Source of the DNA: Chiloscyllium plagiosum
Lineage: Eukaryota
Reading direction: 5' to 3'
DNA: 64,000 bases
NCBI RefSeq assembly: GCF_004010195.1
Contig: NC_057719.1
Span: forward strand, 71,614,800-71,678,799
The notes under the pieces were generated by a model that saw only the letters and a program-made list of their open reading frames with translations, was not told the DNA's origin and did no database searches. The translations under genes and the position numbers were made by a program. Below are positions 49,430-62,660 of this stretch, one piece after another; positions within the stretch are counted from its first letter, which is position 1; the number at the start of each line of letters is the position of its first letter.

Positions 49430-49770
49430 CCATAAGAAATAGGAACAGAATTAGGCTTTTCAAAGCATTGAGTCTGCTCCACCATTTGATTATGGCTAAT
49501 ATATTTCTCAACCCAATTCTGCTGCCTTTGACCTGTAATCATTGATTCCCTTACTAATCAAGAACCAAGCTATCTCTGTCTTAAATACATTTAATGACTT
49601 GGCCTCCACATCCTTCTGCAGTGATAAGTTCCACAGATTCACCACTCTCTGGCTGAAGATGTTCCTCCTTGGCTCAGTTCTAAACGGTTATCCCTTCACT
49701 CGGAGGCTGTGCCCTGGTGTCCTAGTCTTTCCTATTAGTGGAAACATCTTCTCTACATCCATACTATTCA
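49430..49770 (-). mobile_element. CR1-type LINE 3' end
   Basis: ccataagaaataggaacagaattaggc...gttccacagattcaccactctctggctgaag. Confidence 0.8.
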
Positions 49771-51139
49771 GTTTGAAATGCAGCGGTTTGTGTAAAACTT
49801 GGCTGTTGATTCATGCCAAATCATCTAATGAACTTGAAGCAAGATCTCCACGTAAACCTCCAAGAAAAACAAAGCACGATAAAATGAATGAGGTAGTCTC
49901 TATGATTATCTAGCATCAATGGTTCCATGTACTTTGGCAGTACAGCAGTTCTCCTGCAGTAACTGTATTAAATTTGTAAATGTTCTGAAAATCATTGGGA
50001 GGTGAGGGACAAAAGATTTTGTACCCTTCAATGTTAGGTTGAAAAAGATACTTTTGCGTTATATAAAATTTAATTGAGACTACTAGGTATAAATACATTA
50101 ACAATAACTTGACATTTAATCTTTATTTAATCTCTCTGATATAGCTTTGATTGAACCTCCACAAAGGAGATGTATGTATCAGCTTGGCTGGGTTATCATC
50201 ACATTGAACCAAGTGTGGATAGGTTCACATTTACATTAGAAACGCTGTCCAAAAAGGGCTCAAATGCCTCTGGCTGAGAGATTAAAACTTAATCAAATTG
50301 GAGTGGGTCATTGAACACAGCATTTCGTTGCTCCACGTTGCATCAATGTCCTTTGCATGTTTTCGCCCCAACAGTAGCTCCCATTCCTGGTAGGGCTGTT
50401 GAGCTGAAAACTGTGCTGCATTTCTGAGGTCAGACTTCTTCCTAGATTGTGGGCAGAAATTCCAAATGCAAGCTACTGACCTGCCTTGGAGTGTTAACGG
50501 TCTGTGGGGTAATTGGCATTGGTTAGCACCTTTCTCATCTAGGACACAGGGAATGAAACTCTGCCTGTTGTTAAATCTTGCCTCTTGATAATATTTCAAG
50601 TCTGTGACCTTGCAACACAGTTAGAAGTTAGAAAAGTAAAGGTTTGAATAAGTGGGGGTAAGACCAAAAGGAAAGGTCTGTAATAGGATGGAGGGCTGGA
50701 GAGATTAAATCACAAAAGGTATTATGGTACAACACCTAATTAAGGAAATGGCAATGTATCAACTTAAGAAGCAAACCATTGGTCTACAGGAGTGTGAATG
50801 GAGGAACAACAGCTATTCAAGATACTGTTGCATCTATACATCACTAAAAATTATTGCACTAGTTCCAAAGTAGGACTTTAAACCATTAATGGGATGTTGG
50901 CTTTCAGCTCAAGGCAACTGGAATGATGTGAGGAAGTAATTCTTCAGTAGTACAAAACCTAATGTCTTGTGTTCAGTTTTGAGCACCATATCTCAAGGAA
51001 GGTAGATCACTCTTCCTATCAAAGGTTTCTTTATTTAGAAATCAACCAACGTTGTTTCCAAGGTCCAAATTGAGATGATGTTTTACATGAATTCTTAGCA
51101 CAGCACATTCATTTAGATGCCTGCAATGTTGAACAAGTA

Positions 51140-52660
51140 CATAAGAATATAAGAACGTAAGACCAAGAAGCAGGAGTAAGCCATCTTGCCCTTCGAGCCT
51201 GCTCTGCCAATTAATATGATCATGGCTGATCTTTTCTTGGCTTCAGCTTCACTTACGCACTCTCTCATCGTAACACTTAATTCCTTCATTGTTCAAAAAA
51301 ACCCCTTAGTTTTAATAATATTTACTGAAGTAGCGTCAACTACTTCACTGGGCAAGGAATTCCATAGATTTACAACCCTGTGGGTGAAGAAGTTCCTTCT
51401 CAAATCAGTTCTAAATCTGCTCCCTTTAGCTGTGAGGCTATGCCCTCTTGTCCTAGTTTCACCCACCAGTGGAAACATCCTCTCTACGTCTATCTCTGCT
51501 ACTCCCTTCATAATTTTATATGTTTGTATAAGATTCCCCCCATTCTTCTAAACTCCAATGAATATAATCCCAGTTTACTCAGTCTCTCCTCATAAGCCAA
51601 CTCCCTCAACTCTGGAATCAACCAAGTGAACCTCCTCTGCACCCCCTCCAGTGCCAGTACATCCTTTCTCAAGTAAAGAAATCAAAACCGCATGTAGTAA
51701 TCCAGGTGTGGCCTCCCCAGCACCCTGTATAGCTGCAACATAATCTCCTTGTTTTTAAACTCAGTCCTTTTAGCAATGAAGGACAAAATTCCATTTGCCT
51801 TCCAAATTACCTGTTTTACTTGCAGACCAACCTTCTGTGATTCATACACAAGGACACCCAGGTCCCTCTGCATTGCAGCATGCTGCAACTTTTACCATTC
51901 AAGTAATAGTCCTTTTTACTCTTATTCCTATCAAAATGGATGACCTAACAAATATTAACATTGTATTCCATCTGCCAGACCTTTTCCCACTCACTCAAAG
52001 TATCTATGTTCCTGTACAAAGTTTCACAGTCCTCTGCACGCTTTACTCTGCCACTCATCTTAGTGTCATCTGCAAACTTTGACATACTACATGTGGTCCC
52101 CAGCTCGAAATCATCTACATAAATTGTGAATAATTACGGTCCCAACACTGATCCCTGAGGCACAACACTAGTTACTGATCGCCAAACAGATTAGCATTCA
52201 TTTATCCTCACTCTGTGCTTCCTTTTAGTCAATCAATCCTCTATCCATGCTAATAATTTACCCATAATGCCATGCACATTTACCTTATGCAGCAGCCTCT
52301 TCTGCGGCACCATGCCAAAGGCCTTTTGGAAATCTCAGTGTATCACAGCCACCATGTTCATAATGTCTCCATAGAATTCCAAAAGATTGGTTAAGCATGA
52401 CCTGCCCTCATGACCCCATGCTGTGACTGCCCAATGGTACAATTTCTATCTGCATACCTTGGTGTTTCTTCCTTGATAACAGATTTAAGCATTTTCCCCA
52501 CTATAGAAGTTCAGCTAACCGGTCTATAATTCCCTATCTTTTGTCTACTACCTTTTTTCTACAGTGGCATCACATTTTCTGTTTTCTAATCTGCAGAATT
52601 ACCACAGAGTCCAGTGAATTTTGGAAAATTAGCACACGTGCACTTGCTATTTCCCCCGTC
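51140..52660 (-). mobile_element. CR1-type LINE RT and 3' fragment
   Basis: QRDLGVLVYES...LQLYRVLGRPHLDY; FRTDLRRNFFTHRVVNLWNSLP; gtgcctcagggatcagtgttgggacc (VPQGSVLG). Confidence 0.9.
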
Positions 52661-53879
52661 ATCTCTTTTAGTATTTAGGTATGAGATTTCTAATTGGTTT
52701 TGCTGGTCAGGTAGAGACTTCATAAATGTGAAGGAAGCACTCACCGTGTATGTGGAAAATACATCAACAACTGGTGTAGCTGCTCACTCGAACATGATGT
52801 GCAGAGCCAGTCAGAGGTAAGGTAGAAGTGTACATGTACATGTATTAGTATAGGAAACCATGAGGAGATGTTCTCCCATATATGCTAAGGCTTAATACAT
52901 GTAGGCAAGTTGTAGCAAGTGTTTTTGTCACTTGCTTTTGAGCTGGGTTGCATGGACATAGATGATGGTGAGTTCAAAGGACACTCGTTTGGATCTGACA
53001 TTCAGAACGGTTGTATTTTGTCAATATAGTAGTGCTTACTAAAGACAACTATTTCAACTCCTTTAAGATAAGCTAACTACTCTGGGTGCTGGAAATCTCA
53101 TATCAACAAGAAGTGGAAGAGAAGCTCAACATGCTTAGCTGCATCTGTGGAAAGACAAAGGCAGACTTAACATTTCAAGTCCAAAGTAACTTTTCTTCAG
53201 AAAATTCACTGAAAGAAAACATGGACTACTCTTTTTCTGCTTCTGTCTTCTCCTGCTTTACTTGAGCTCTTAGCAATGCTTGTTAATTACCCTTCTCCAT
53301 CTCCAATAGTTGATCACTATTCCTTTTCCTAACCTGCCATATTTAATCTCTGCCACCAAATCTCTCCATTTGCTCTAGTCCTTCCTCATTTCCTTGCTGC
53401 TGGCAGTCCTTTCTCCATCATTTGCTGCATCATATTTGTTCTCTTCCATACCAGATGACCGTGCCATTTCAATCCCTTCGCAGCTAACATGCTGACATTC
53501 CCACAATCCTCACTGATCCCCTGATGTACTAGTTCATAACCTTGTTCTTTCTGATTACTCCACACGTTCATCTTAGCAACCATATCTTAAATATATTCAG
53601 TTGTTGTTCAGGAATCTGCACCAGATAACAAAGCCAGTAGAATACCAGAGCTTTTATGGTTAAGTTATGAGGGCATGTTGTATAAAGTTGTTTTGCAACC
53701 CTTTGAGCTTTAGATGATGGCCTAATAGAAATGTTTAAAATACTGAAGGGATTTGGTAAGGTAGATCTGGAAAAACCATATCCTCTTGAGGAGAATCTTA
53801 CAATTTAGAGAGAGGTCATTTAGGAATAAATTCAAGTGCAATGGTGAACCACTGATTTAAAAAAGAATGGAAAATAAAG

Positions 53880-54170
53880 AGGAAAAGTTCATATCTATAT
53901 ATCACCTCATTGTACCTTCAAATGTTCCAAAATACTTCAAATACATAGAATTATTTCTGATGTTGGATTCACTATTATATAGCATCAATGTGGTATGCAA
54001 GGTCCCACAAGTAGTAAATCAGCTGTGTTTAAAGGAATTATACTGTCCAGAACTTCCTATCAATTTTGAAGGTTGATATCATATTCTTGACATCCACCTG
54101 AACATCCCAGCTGAAAGCTGGTGCTTCTGACACTGTAGCAGCTCCTTAGTACTGCACTGAAACATGCATT
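53880..54170 (-). mobile_element. Ancient SINE remnant (DeuSINE-like)
   Basis: gacatccacctgaa...ctgacactgtagcagctccttagtactgcactg resembles recalled DeuSINE core. Confidence 0.4.
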
Positions 54171-55514
54171 TTGGTGTTTTCCAACCTTCCGAGAATGATT
54201 TGGTTCCCGAATGCTGTTGTTATCTGTGTAATTGTTATAAAACTACATGAGGTAGGAAAAGAGGCAATTTGATTGTCAGTCAAGAATCATCCAATCCCTT
54301 TCCAACTGGTCCAGAAAGGCAGGACTCTATAAGATCCATGGTGGGGATCCTGAGTACAAAAGGGGTTGGCTGGTTGGAGGCAGCAGATTATGTGATAAAA
54401 CCACCAAGAATGCAACTGGCCAGAATAAGTAATAATAACAGATGCAACCAAATCATTGTGCATAACGCATGTGTAAACATAGGTATTGGCTCCATTACTT
54501 CAAACAAAGCAAACTCGTAAAATTACAATTAACAACACGTCCTGGGGTTACTATCCAACAAAATAAATTGTGAATCTGATCAGCTATAGCCAGCTGGCAA
54601 CTTAATTCACGTGCAACATGATTGTCTCCTTTTATTTAAATCTGCTATCTTACCAGCTCCTGTGCAGCTTCTCATTGTGCTTTGCTTTTTGCTGTCAATG
54701 CACAGTTCAAAAGCACATTTTGTAACCAACACTCTGAGGAGGGGTATAGCATACAAACTCACCATTCATCTTGTTGAAGAGAAATGGGCAAAACCAAAAG
54801 GAAATCAGACATATATTGAGTATTGAGCATATGGAGAATCTTGAACATTCTTTCTAGTATTTTTAAGCTCAGAGTGTTATTATGAAATCCTTATAGCAAC
54901 TGAAATGCTGCCCTCCTCAGAAAGTGCTTAATACCTTTTTCTACCAAATAATTTGATCTTCCTTCCAATGTAATGAGCCAAATAGCTGCAAAATCAGTAA
55001 TTTGGTCAAATGTATTTTGATATCTCAGTATAAATCTCATTCAAAGTTGAACTCATGTCTGAGAAGTTAAATGTACTTTGGAGAGTAGTGTTTCTCTCAG
55101 TATCATTCAGCTACTTTTTCAATAAGACCCAATGCATTTTGCTTTTATTTGTATATTTACTTATAACATTACTCCAAGAGTGTATTGCGTTTCTGCAATT
55201 TTCAAGCTTTTGTATCCAGAAAGATTACAAATACTAACATACTCCAGGGATCCTCTGTCATAAATCTTTAAAGACTGAAAAATGCTGTTCTTCATAATGA
55301 ATATCTAAAAATGTTGCTTTTTGCTGCAAGTTTATTTTTTTAACATCACTTGTGAATTGCACTTCAGAAGGTGAGGAAGAGCTGCTTTCTTGAATTGCTC
55401 TAGTATTTTGGGGGTAGATACATGCAAACCAGTATGGTGTGGGAGGAGGTTCCAGGATTTTGACTCAGCTCCACTGAAGGAACAGTGATAAATTTCCGAA
55501 TCAGAATGTTGAGT

Positions 55515-56595
55515 GTCATAGAGTTATAGAGATGTATAGCATGGAAACAAACCCTTCAGTCCAACCCGTCCATGCCGACCAGATATCCTAACCCAATCTA
55601 GTCCCATCTGCCCATATCCCTCTAAACCCTTCCTATTCATATACCCATCCAAATCTTGTAAATCTTTTCTGAACCTTTTCAAGTTTCACAACATCTTTCC
55701 GATATTCCAACAGTGGCCTAACCAATGTCCTGTATAGCCGCAACATGACTGTACTCAATACTCTGACCAATAAAGGAAAGCATACCAAACACCTACTTCA
55801 TTATCCTATCTACCTGCGACTCCATTTTCGAAGAGCTATGAACCTGCACTCCAAGGTCTCTTTATTCAGTGACACTCTCTAGGAACTTATCATTAAGTGT
55901 ATGAATCCTGCTAAGACTTGCTTTCCCAAAATGCAACACCTCGCATTTATCTGCCACTTCTTGGTCCATCGGCCCATCTGGTCCAGATCCTGTTGTAATC
56001 TGAGGTAACCCCCTTCGCTGTCCACTACATCTCCAATTTTGGTGTCATCTGTAAACTTACTAACTGTACCTCTTATGCTCACATCCAAATCATTTATGTA
56101 AATGACAAAAAGTAGAGGGCCCAGCACTGATCCTTGCGGCACTCCACTGGTCACAGGCCTCCAGTCTGATAAACAACCCTCCACCACCAGCCTCTGTCTT
56201 CTACCTTTTGAGCGGGTTCTGTATCCAAATGGCTTGTTCTCCTTGTATTCCATGAGATCTAACCTTGCTAAAATTTTGGTGTCATCTGTAAACTTACTAA
56301 CTGTACCTCTTATGCTTGCATCCAAATCATTTATGTAAATGACAAAAAGTAGAGGGCCCAGCACTGATCCTTGCGGTACTCCACTGGTCACAGGCCTCCA
56401 ATCTGATAAACAATCCTCCACCCCCCGCCTCTGTCTTCTACCTTTGAGCGAGTTCTGTATCCAAATGGCTTGTTCTCCCTGTATTCCATGAGATCTAACC
56501 TTGCTAATCAGTCTCCCATGGGGAATCTTGTCAAATGCCTTACTGACGTCCATATAGATCACATCTACCGCTCTGCCCTCATCGATCCTCTTGAG
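55515..56595 (-). mobile_element. CR1-type LINE RT fragment with 237-bp tandem duplication
   Basis: VDVIYMDVSKAFDKIPH; GVPQGSVLGPLLFVIYINDL and KFTDDTK each occur twice. Confidence 0.93.
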
Positions 56596-56624
56596 TGACT
56601 GCATAGATAACTTTTAAATTGTGG

Positions 56625-57025
56625 TTCATAGACATGTACAGCATGGAAACAGACCCTTCAGTCCAACTTGTCCATGCCGACCAGATATCCTAAAGTAATC
56701 TGGTCCTGTTTGCCAGCATTTGGCCCATATCACTCCAAACTTTTCCTATTCATGTGTCCATCCAGATGCCTTTTAAATGTTGCAACGGTACCAGCCTCTC
56801 CCAATTCCTCTGGCAGCTCATTCCATACACGTGCCACCCTTTGTGGGAAAAAGTTGTCCCTTAGGTCCCTTTTAAATCTTTCCCTCTCACCTTAAACCCT
56901 CTAGTTCTGGATTCCCCCAGCCCAGAGGAAAAGACCATGGCTTTTCACCCTATCCATGGCCTTCATAACTTTATAAATCTCTAAGGTCACCCCTCAGCCT
57001 CCGACGTTCCAGGAAAACAGCCCCA
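56625..57025 (-). mobile_element. CR1-type LINE 3' end
   Basis: catagacatgtacagcatggaaacagacccttcagtccaac...ctggcagctcattcca. Confidence 0.85.
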
Positions 57026-57699
57026 TAAATTACTCACTTAACCCTCCCCAACCTGCTTTCCTAATTTAAGCTTTTTACGCCCATGTTTCTCAGTCTCTGC
57101 AAGATGAAATGGCCACATTGTGGAAGCTGTGATGCTTTTCCCAGTGGAATATCCTGCTGATGTTTACTGGCTGGGTTCTGATGTGAAGAAGGTGGGAGAT
57201 ACTAGAGTGCAGGCCAGATACAGCCTGAAGCTCGGGCTAGTTTGCCTCCTGGGGATATGAGCAGGAAGGTAAACATGGCCTTCTTTACACTCCTTCATCC
57301 TGAACATCCAAATCAGGGACAACAGGAGGCCACTTGGCTCTTAAAGTCTGCTCTGCCATTCAATACAGTCATGGCTGATCTGATTCCTTCAGATTTTCAC
57401 CCAACTCTCTCTTGATAAGAATCTGGCTTCAAAATATTCAAGGAGCCAGCTTCCACCTCCTTTTGAGGAAGAGAGCTCCAGAGACTCATGACCCTCTGTG
57501 AGAGAGAATTTCTCCTCATCCCAGCCTGAAATCGGTAACCCCTATTTGTTAAACATTCCCGATTCAAGAGGAAACATCCTTTTCATTTCCACCCTCAGTA
57601 CCTTCGATGTTTCAGTCAGGTTACCTCTTACTTTTCTCCACTCCCACAAATGCAAGTCTCACCCATCCTAGCTTTCCTCATGAAAGAATCTGCCTTTTG

Positions 57700-57975
57700 T
57701 CAGCTGTTAGACACTTGTCATGGCACGGGTTGGTAATCCAGAACCCCAGGTCTGTGCTGCGGATACAGTTCAGAATTCCACAATGGCAGATAACGAGTCT
57801 GGAGTTCAAAGCTAGCTGAATGGCAGCTGCTATTATTGTAAAGCTCCGTGAACTGCTATCTTTACCTGGTCTGGCCTAAGTGTGACTCCAGTCCCTCAAA
57901 AATGCAACTGACACTTAACTACCCTCTGGGTAATTAGAGATGGGTAATAAATGCTGGTCTAGCTAGTGATGCTCC
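57700..57975 (+). mobile_element. SINE sharing its 3' tail with the CR1/L2-group LINE
   Basis: taatccagaaccccagg...tacctggtctggcctaagtgtgactccag...gggtaattagagatgggtaataaatgctgg (compare 20355-20390). Confidence 0.55.
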
Positions 57976-57979
57976 TGTG

Positions 57980-59690
57980 TTCCCATGTATCTGCTGTTCC
58001 TGTGCTTCTGGATCGTAATGGTTATGAGATTAGAAGGTGGTGTCTAAGGAGCATTGTTAAATTCCGGCCATGCATTTTGTAGATGCTACATACTGCTGCT
58101 GCTGGGCATCAGTGGGAGAGGTAATGAATGCTTTGGCTTATCACACTAATTGAGCAATGTTGGAACTGCACTCATCCAGAAAGTGGGGAGTATTCCATAA
58201 TATTCCTGACTTGTACCTTGTCGATGGTAGACAGACTTTGTAGAGTCAGGAGGTGAGTTATTTACTGCAGGATTACTCTCCTCTGAGCCGTTCATGGAGC
58301 TTGAGTTTTTATATGATCAGTTCAGTTCAGTTTCTGGTAAATGGTAATCACCAGGATGTTGATAGTATAGGATTCAGCAATGGTGATCCCACTGAATGTC
58401 AAGAGGTGCTAGTTATATTCTCTCTTGTTGAAGACGGTTATTATCTAGCACTTACACTGCATAATTATTACTTACCACTCACCAGTCCAAACTTGAAGAT
58501 TGCCTATGTCTGTTTCAGTATCTGAGTGGTCACAAATTGAGCTGAATACTGGAATTGTCAGTGAACATACCCACTTCTGGCCTTATGATGGAGGGTAGGT
58601 CATTGATGAAGCAGCTGAAGATGGTTGGGCCGAGGACACTATGCTGAGGAACTCCTGCAGACATGTCCTGGAGTTGAGATGACAGCCCTCCAACAACCAT
58701 CTTCCTTTATGCCAAGTATAACTCCAACCTTGATGCCACAGTCAGCCAAATATAGCTTTGACGTTAAAAACAATCACTCTCACCTCACCTCTGGAGTTCA
58801 GCTCTTATGTCCATGTATAAATCAAGACTATAATGAGGTCAGGAGCTGAGTACTCCTGGCAGAACCCAAACTGGGCGTAACTGAGCAGGTTAGTGCTTAG
58901 CAGTGCTATTAACGTCACCTTACATCACTTTACTGATGTGGGGATACCAGTGTTGGACCGGGGTGGACAAAGTCCGAGGTCACACGACACCAGATTATAG
59001 TCCAACACAAGTTTTCACTTCACCTGACGAAGGAGCAGCGCTCCGAAAGCTTGCAATTTCAAATAAAGCTGGTGAACTATAATCTGGTGTCATGTGACTT
59101 CTCACTTTACTGATGATCGAGAGTATATTAATGGGGTGGTGTGTGCACGGTTGAATTTGTCCTGCTTTTTGTGTAGAGGACATACCTGGCAATCTTTCGC
59201 ATTTTCAGGTAGATGCCAGTGTTGTAACTGTGCTGAACAGCTTAGCTGGTGGTGTGATAAGTTCAGGACGCCAATAATATACTATGATTACCAGATTACT
59301 CTCAGGGCCCATAGCCTTTGCCTTCAACCATTGTTTGATTTCATGTGGTTGAAGACTGGCTGGTGTGACACTGGGAATCACTGAAGAAGGCTGAGATGGA
59401 TCATCCACTTAAGGCTTAGGTCTGAAAATTGCTGTGAATGCTTCAGCCTTATCTTTCACACTGATGAGTGAGGATGGGGATATTTTTGGAGCTGCCTCCA
59501 GGGAGTTGTTTAATTGTCCACCAACATTCACAATTGGATATGGCAGGATGGTTGAGCTTAGATCTAATCCATTGGTTATGGAATCATTTAGCCCTGTCTA
59601 TCATTAAGCTGTTTGGCAAGTAAACAGTACTGGTTTGTTGCTTCACCAGGTTGATACCTCATTTTTAGGTATGCCTTAGTATCTGCTCCT
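57980..59690 (-). mobile_element. Decayed CR1/L2-group LINE
   Basis: Colinear similarity with 40540-42730. Confidence 0.65.
58939..59101 (+). mobile_element. Fold-back Penelope-like mini-element with intact hammerhead core and 14-bp TSD
   Basis: tcactttactgatg at 58925-58938 and 59102-59115; CTGACGA-a-ggagc-agc-gctcc-GAAA-GCTT at 59024-59052. Confidence 0.82.
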
Positions 59691-61899
59691 TCGCCCCTCA
59701 CTGAAGTCAACAAAGTCTGAAATATCATCAGAGTGACTGAAGTGTAATTATCCCACAGATCTCTGAGTCTGAAAATCTGTATTTTACTTGCACTGTAGCT
59801 GCTAGGTTATTAATCACGATTTGCTGTTGATCTATTTCTCTCATTGTATCTTCTATGGCTTTGTGCTGACAGAACTTTTACCATGTTATCATCTCCGGTT
59901 TCCCACGTCAGAAGTTCACAGACAGTTTCATTTACTTTGCTCTGTTCTTCCGATTTTCTTCCTCGTCTTCCAATTTCTCTTTTTAAATATCCCTTTAGCA
60001 TCCAGTTTGGCAAAGTCTTTCTGAAAAGTCAGCTTAGCTGTTTCTTTCCACAAATGCTATTTGAATGGCTGAATGTCTCCAGCATTTTCTATTGGTGTTT
60101 TAATTCACTGGTTAAATCATTGCTGTGAACTCCCCTCTGTGACAGAACGTAGATCAGTGGAAGCCACTATATCTATTAGTGGATGTTACTTTTTTTAGTA
60201 GTATTGTGATAAGTCTTGCACATGGGGCAGAATCTTATTGGGGCCTGAATAACATAAGCTATGGCAAAACATTTGGGAGAATCGAGTGAGAAGTCCAGCC
60301 AGGCTTTTCTCAATGTTTGGAGTAACTCATTGCATTTTCAAACAGAATTCTGAACTTTGAGATGAGATTCTCACTAGAGAGCGAGAAAGGGCCTATTAAC
60401 AGGGATAATGGCTTGTTATTGACCTCATAACCTGCACATCTTGCCGTGTTAGTATCCATCTTCCTATTGTACCCTGGGGTGAATAGAAGCTAGACATTGA
60501 GAATTCCCAACATGCAAGTCAGAGTGGGTACCTGGCATTGCCATATGCTCCTCCTGAATGCTGCCACTTTGGTTACCAATCACCAATGTCTCAGGGCACT
60601 CCCTGGGCAGGGGCTGCATGCACCTCAGCTCCATGGACTCTGGCATCTGACACCCGCCAGCCTCTCAGGCACCTCTCCCGGCATCTTTCTAACCCGTGGA
60701 CAAAACAACACTTCAGGCTGCACCGGCATCTGGCATTGACAGGCTGCTGCAAGGAGGCTTTTCATTCAGGGCCCAGGCACCCAGCTCACAGATTCGACCA
60801 TGCTGTTTCTCAGGGCTGCTCATTTATTCTCCAAATACTCCCACACGGCAGCTCTGCCTTGCCTTGTCTGGCACCTCTCTCTGAGCCAAAATGCTCACTG
60901 TGCTGCCATTTGGATTTGCTGTTTAGAACAGACTCAAGGCCAGGCAACTTGTCACTTTATTCAGCAGTGATCAGGTGGGCTTAGACTCTGTGCTGGAAAT
61001 GGGCTGTCTGTGGACAGCAAACTGGAACAGGTCATGGAGGCTTTAGGTTGAGTCCAGTACTGACAGAATCCACCATGATCTACCATGATTTTCCAATTGC
61101 TAGAAGCAACCCAAGATGGGGTAGAGTCGGTTTCAGTTTGATGAGAAAACATGCAAGCTTCACTTCTGTTTGGCAGGAGGCTATTGAAGGGCAATTGCAT
61201 CAATTATACACTTGCAGAATGCAGGTTCACATCATTTGCACTCACGTAATTGTACATAAGAATTACAGTGCACAAGAGTGTGGGGTGCAAAACTGCTGGC
61301 TACAAGTGATGTCCACCAGGTCACAATGTTTCCCCTCCATATGCTGCAGACTGGCACAAAGCTGGTTTCCCCCAGGCATGGTGTTTGCAAATTGCACAGA
61401 CATCTCCATGAAGCTGACAGTTAAGGAAGGGGCAACAATAAACACACATACTTCTTGCGAGACATGTAAGGGTGTAGTGGGGAATAGACCTGAATCACTC
61501 TCTCATATGCAATAATACCTTTTATAGATGATGGGTTGGGAGGGGAAGAGTTCAGTAACTTGGAGCAGTTTCACAATACTGTTATGTATTTGCCACACAA
61601 ACAGTGGAGTGACTCTTCAAACTAAATACTTGTTTCAAAGTGCCATGATACTTCAGTGTGTTGCCATCCTCATCAGGATGTCTTAATGTATGGAGGAGGG
61701 TGTTCAGTTGACATCTGTAGGGTGTGTCAGCACTAAATCTTCTCAGAGCGAAGGACATGCTCTGCTCTTTATGTTCTCAACAAAGGTGGATCACTAGCAT
61801 GAGCGATGGATCCAGCCACAGGAAGAAGACAGCCATGGGAGGTGGATGAGCAACAGCATCCTAGCACAGAGCTGACAAGCACAGAAAGAGGTCACCAGT

Positions 61900-62660
61900 G
61901 CAGGGCCCCTCAGATTACATCGAGGGAACAGGAGGGAACACAATATCTTGACCTCAAAGACATTTGCTTCGGATGAGTGAGATGCAGTGTTGGTACAGGC
62001 TGAGGGGGGTGTAACTGAACTATACCAACTGCAGGGGTCAAAGCCGGTGGCAGGACAGGTGACAAATGAGGAAGGCTTCTGTACAACTGGCTCCTTCCAG
62101 GATCCATGGGGAATCCTGTGTGGAGTCTCTGAGCTATCCACTCACAGGACAGTAACCATTTGTGTGAGCTCCCACTGACTTGTTGGGATTCCTCCTCCAT
62201 GTGCTGCAGCCTGGTCACAGAGCTGATTTCCCCCAGGCGTGGGGTGCCATTGACTATACGCGCGTGGTACTGAGAGGGGATATATCACACTGCCGCAGAA
62301 TTCATCAACAGCAAGAAATTCCATTACATCAATGTGCCCCAGTGATCTGTGAGCATCAGTTCCACACTGGGAGGTTGGTGCCTGGTACCCTGTTTCATTT
62401 GTGAGACCAACTGCTTTAAAAGACTGCTTACAGTAGGGACGAGTGTTACCCAGTGTGACACAGTGACCATAGCTGATGAGAACCCCCTGCCTGAGGCAGA
62501 GCTGAGCTATATCATCACCCATTCTTCAACCAGAGCCTTGGTTTAGCAGACAATAGGACTCCTGGAGATACATTTCCACTGCTTGGGCTAGTCTAGTAAG
62601 ACCTTGCAATATACTCAGGACAGAATGTGTTTTATCACCCTAGAACACTGCAGCAGGCAA
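61900..62660 (+). mobile_element. PIF/Harbinger (HARBI1-like) transposase remnant
   Basis: FCTTGSFQ, DFPQAWGAIDYTRVVLR, EFINSKKFHYINV, THSSTRALV*QTIGLLEIHFHCL. Confidence 0.85.
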
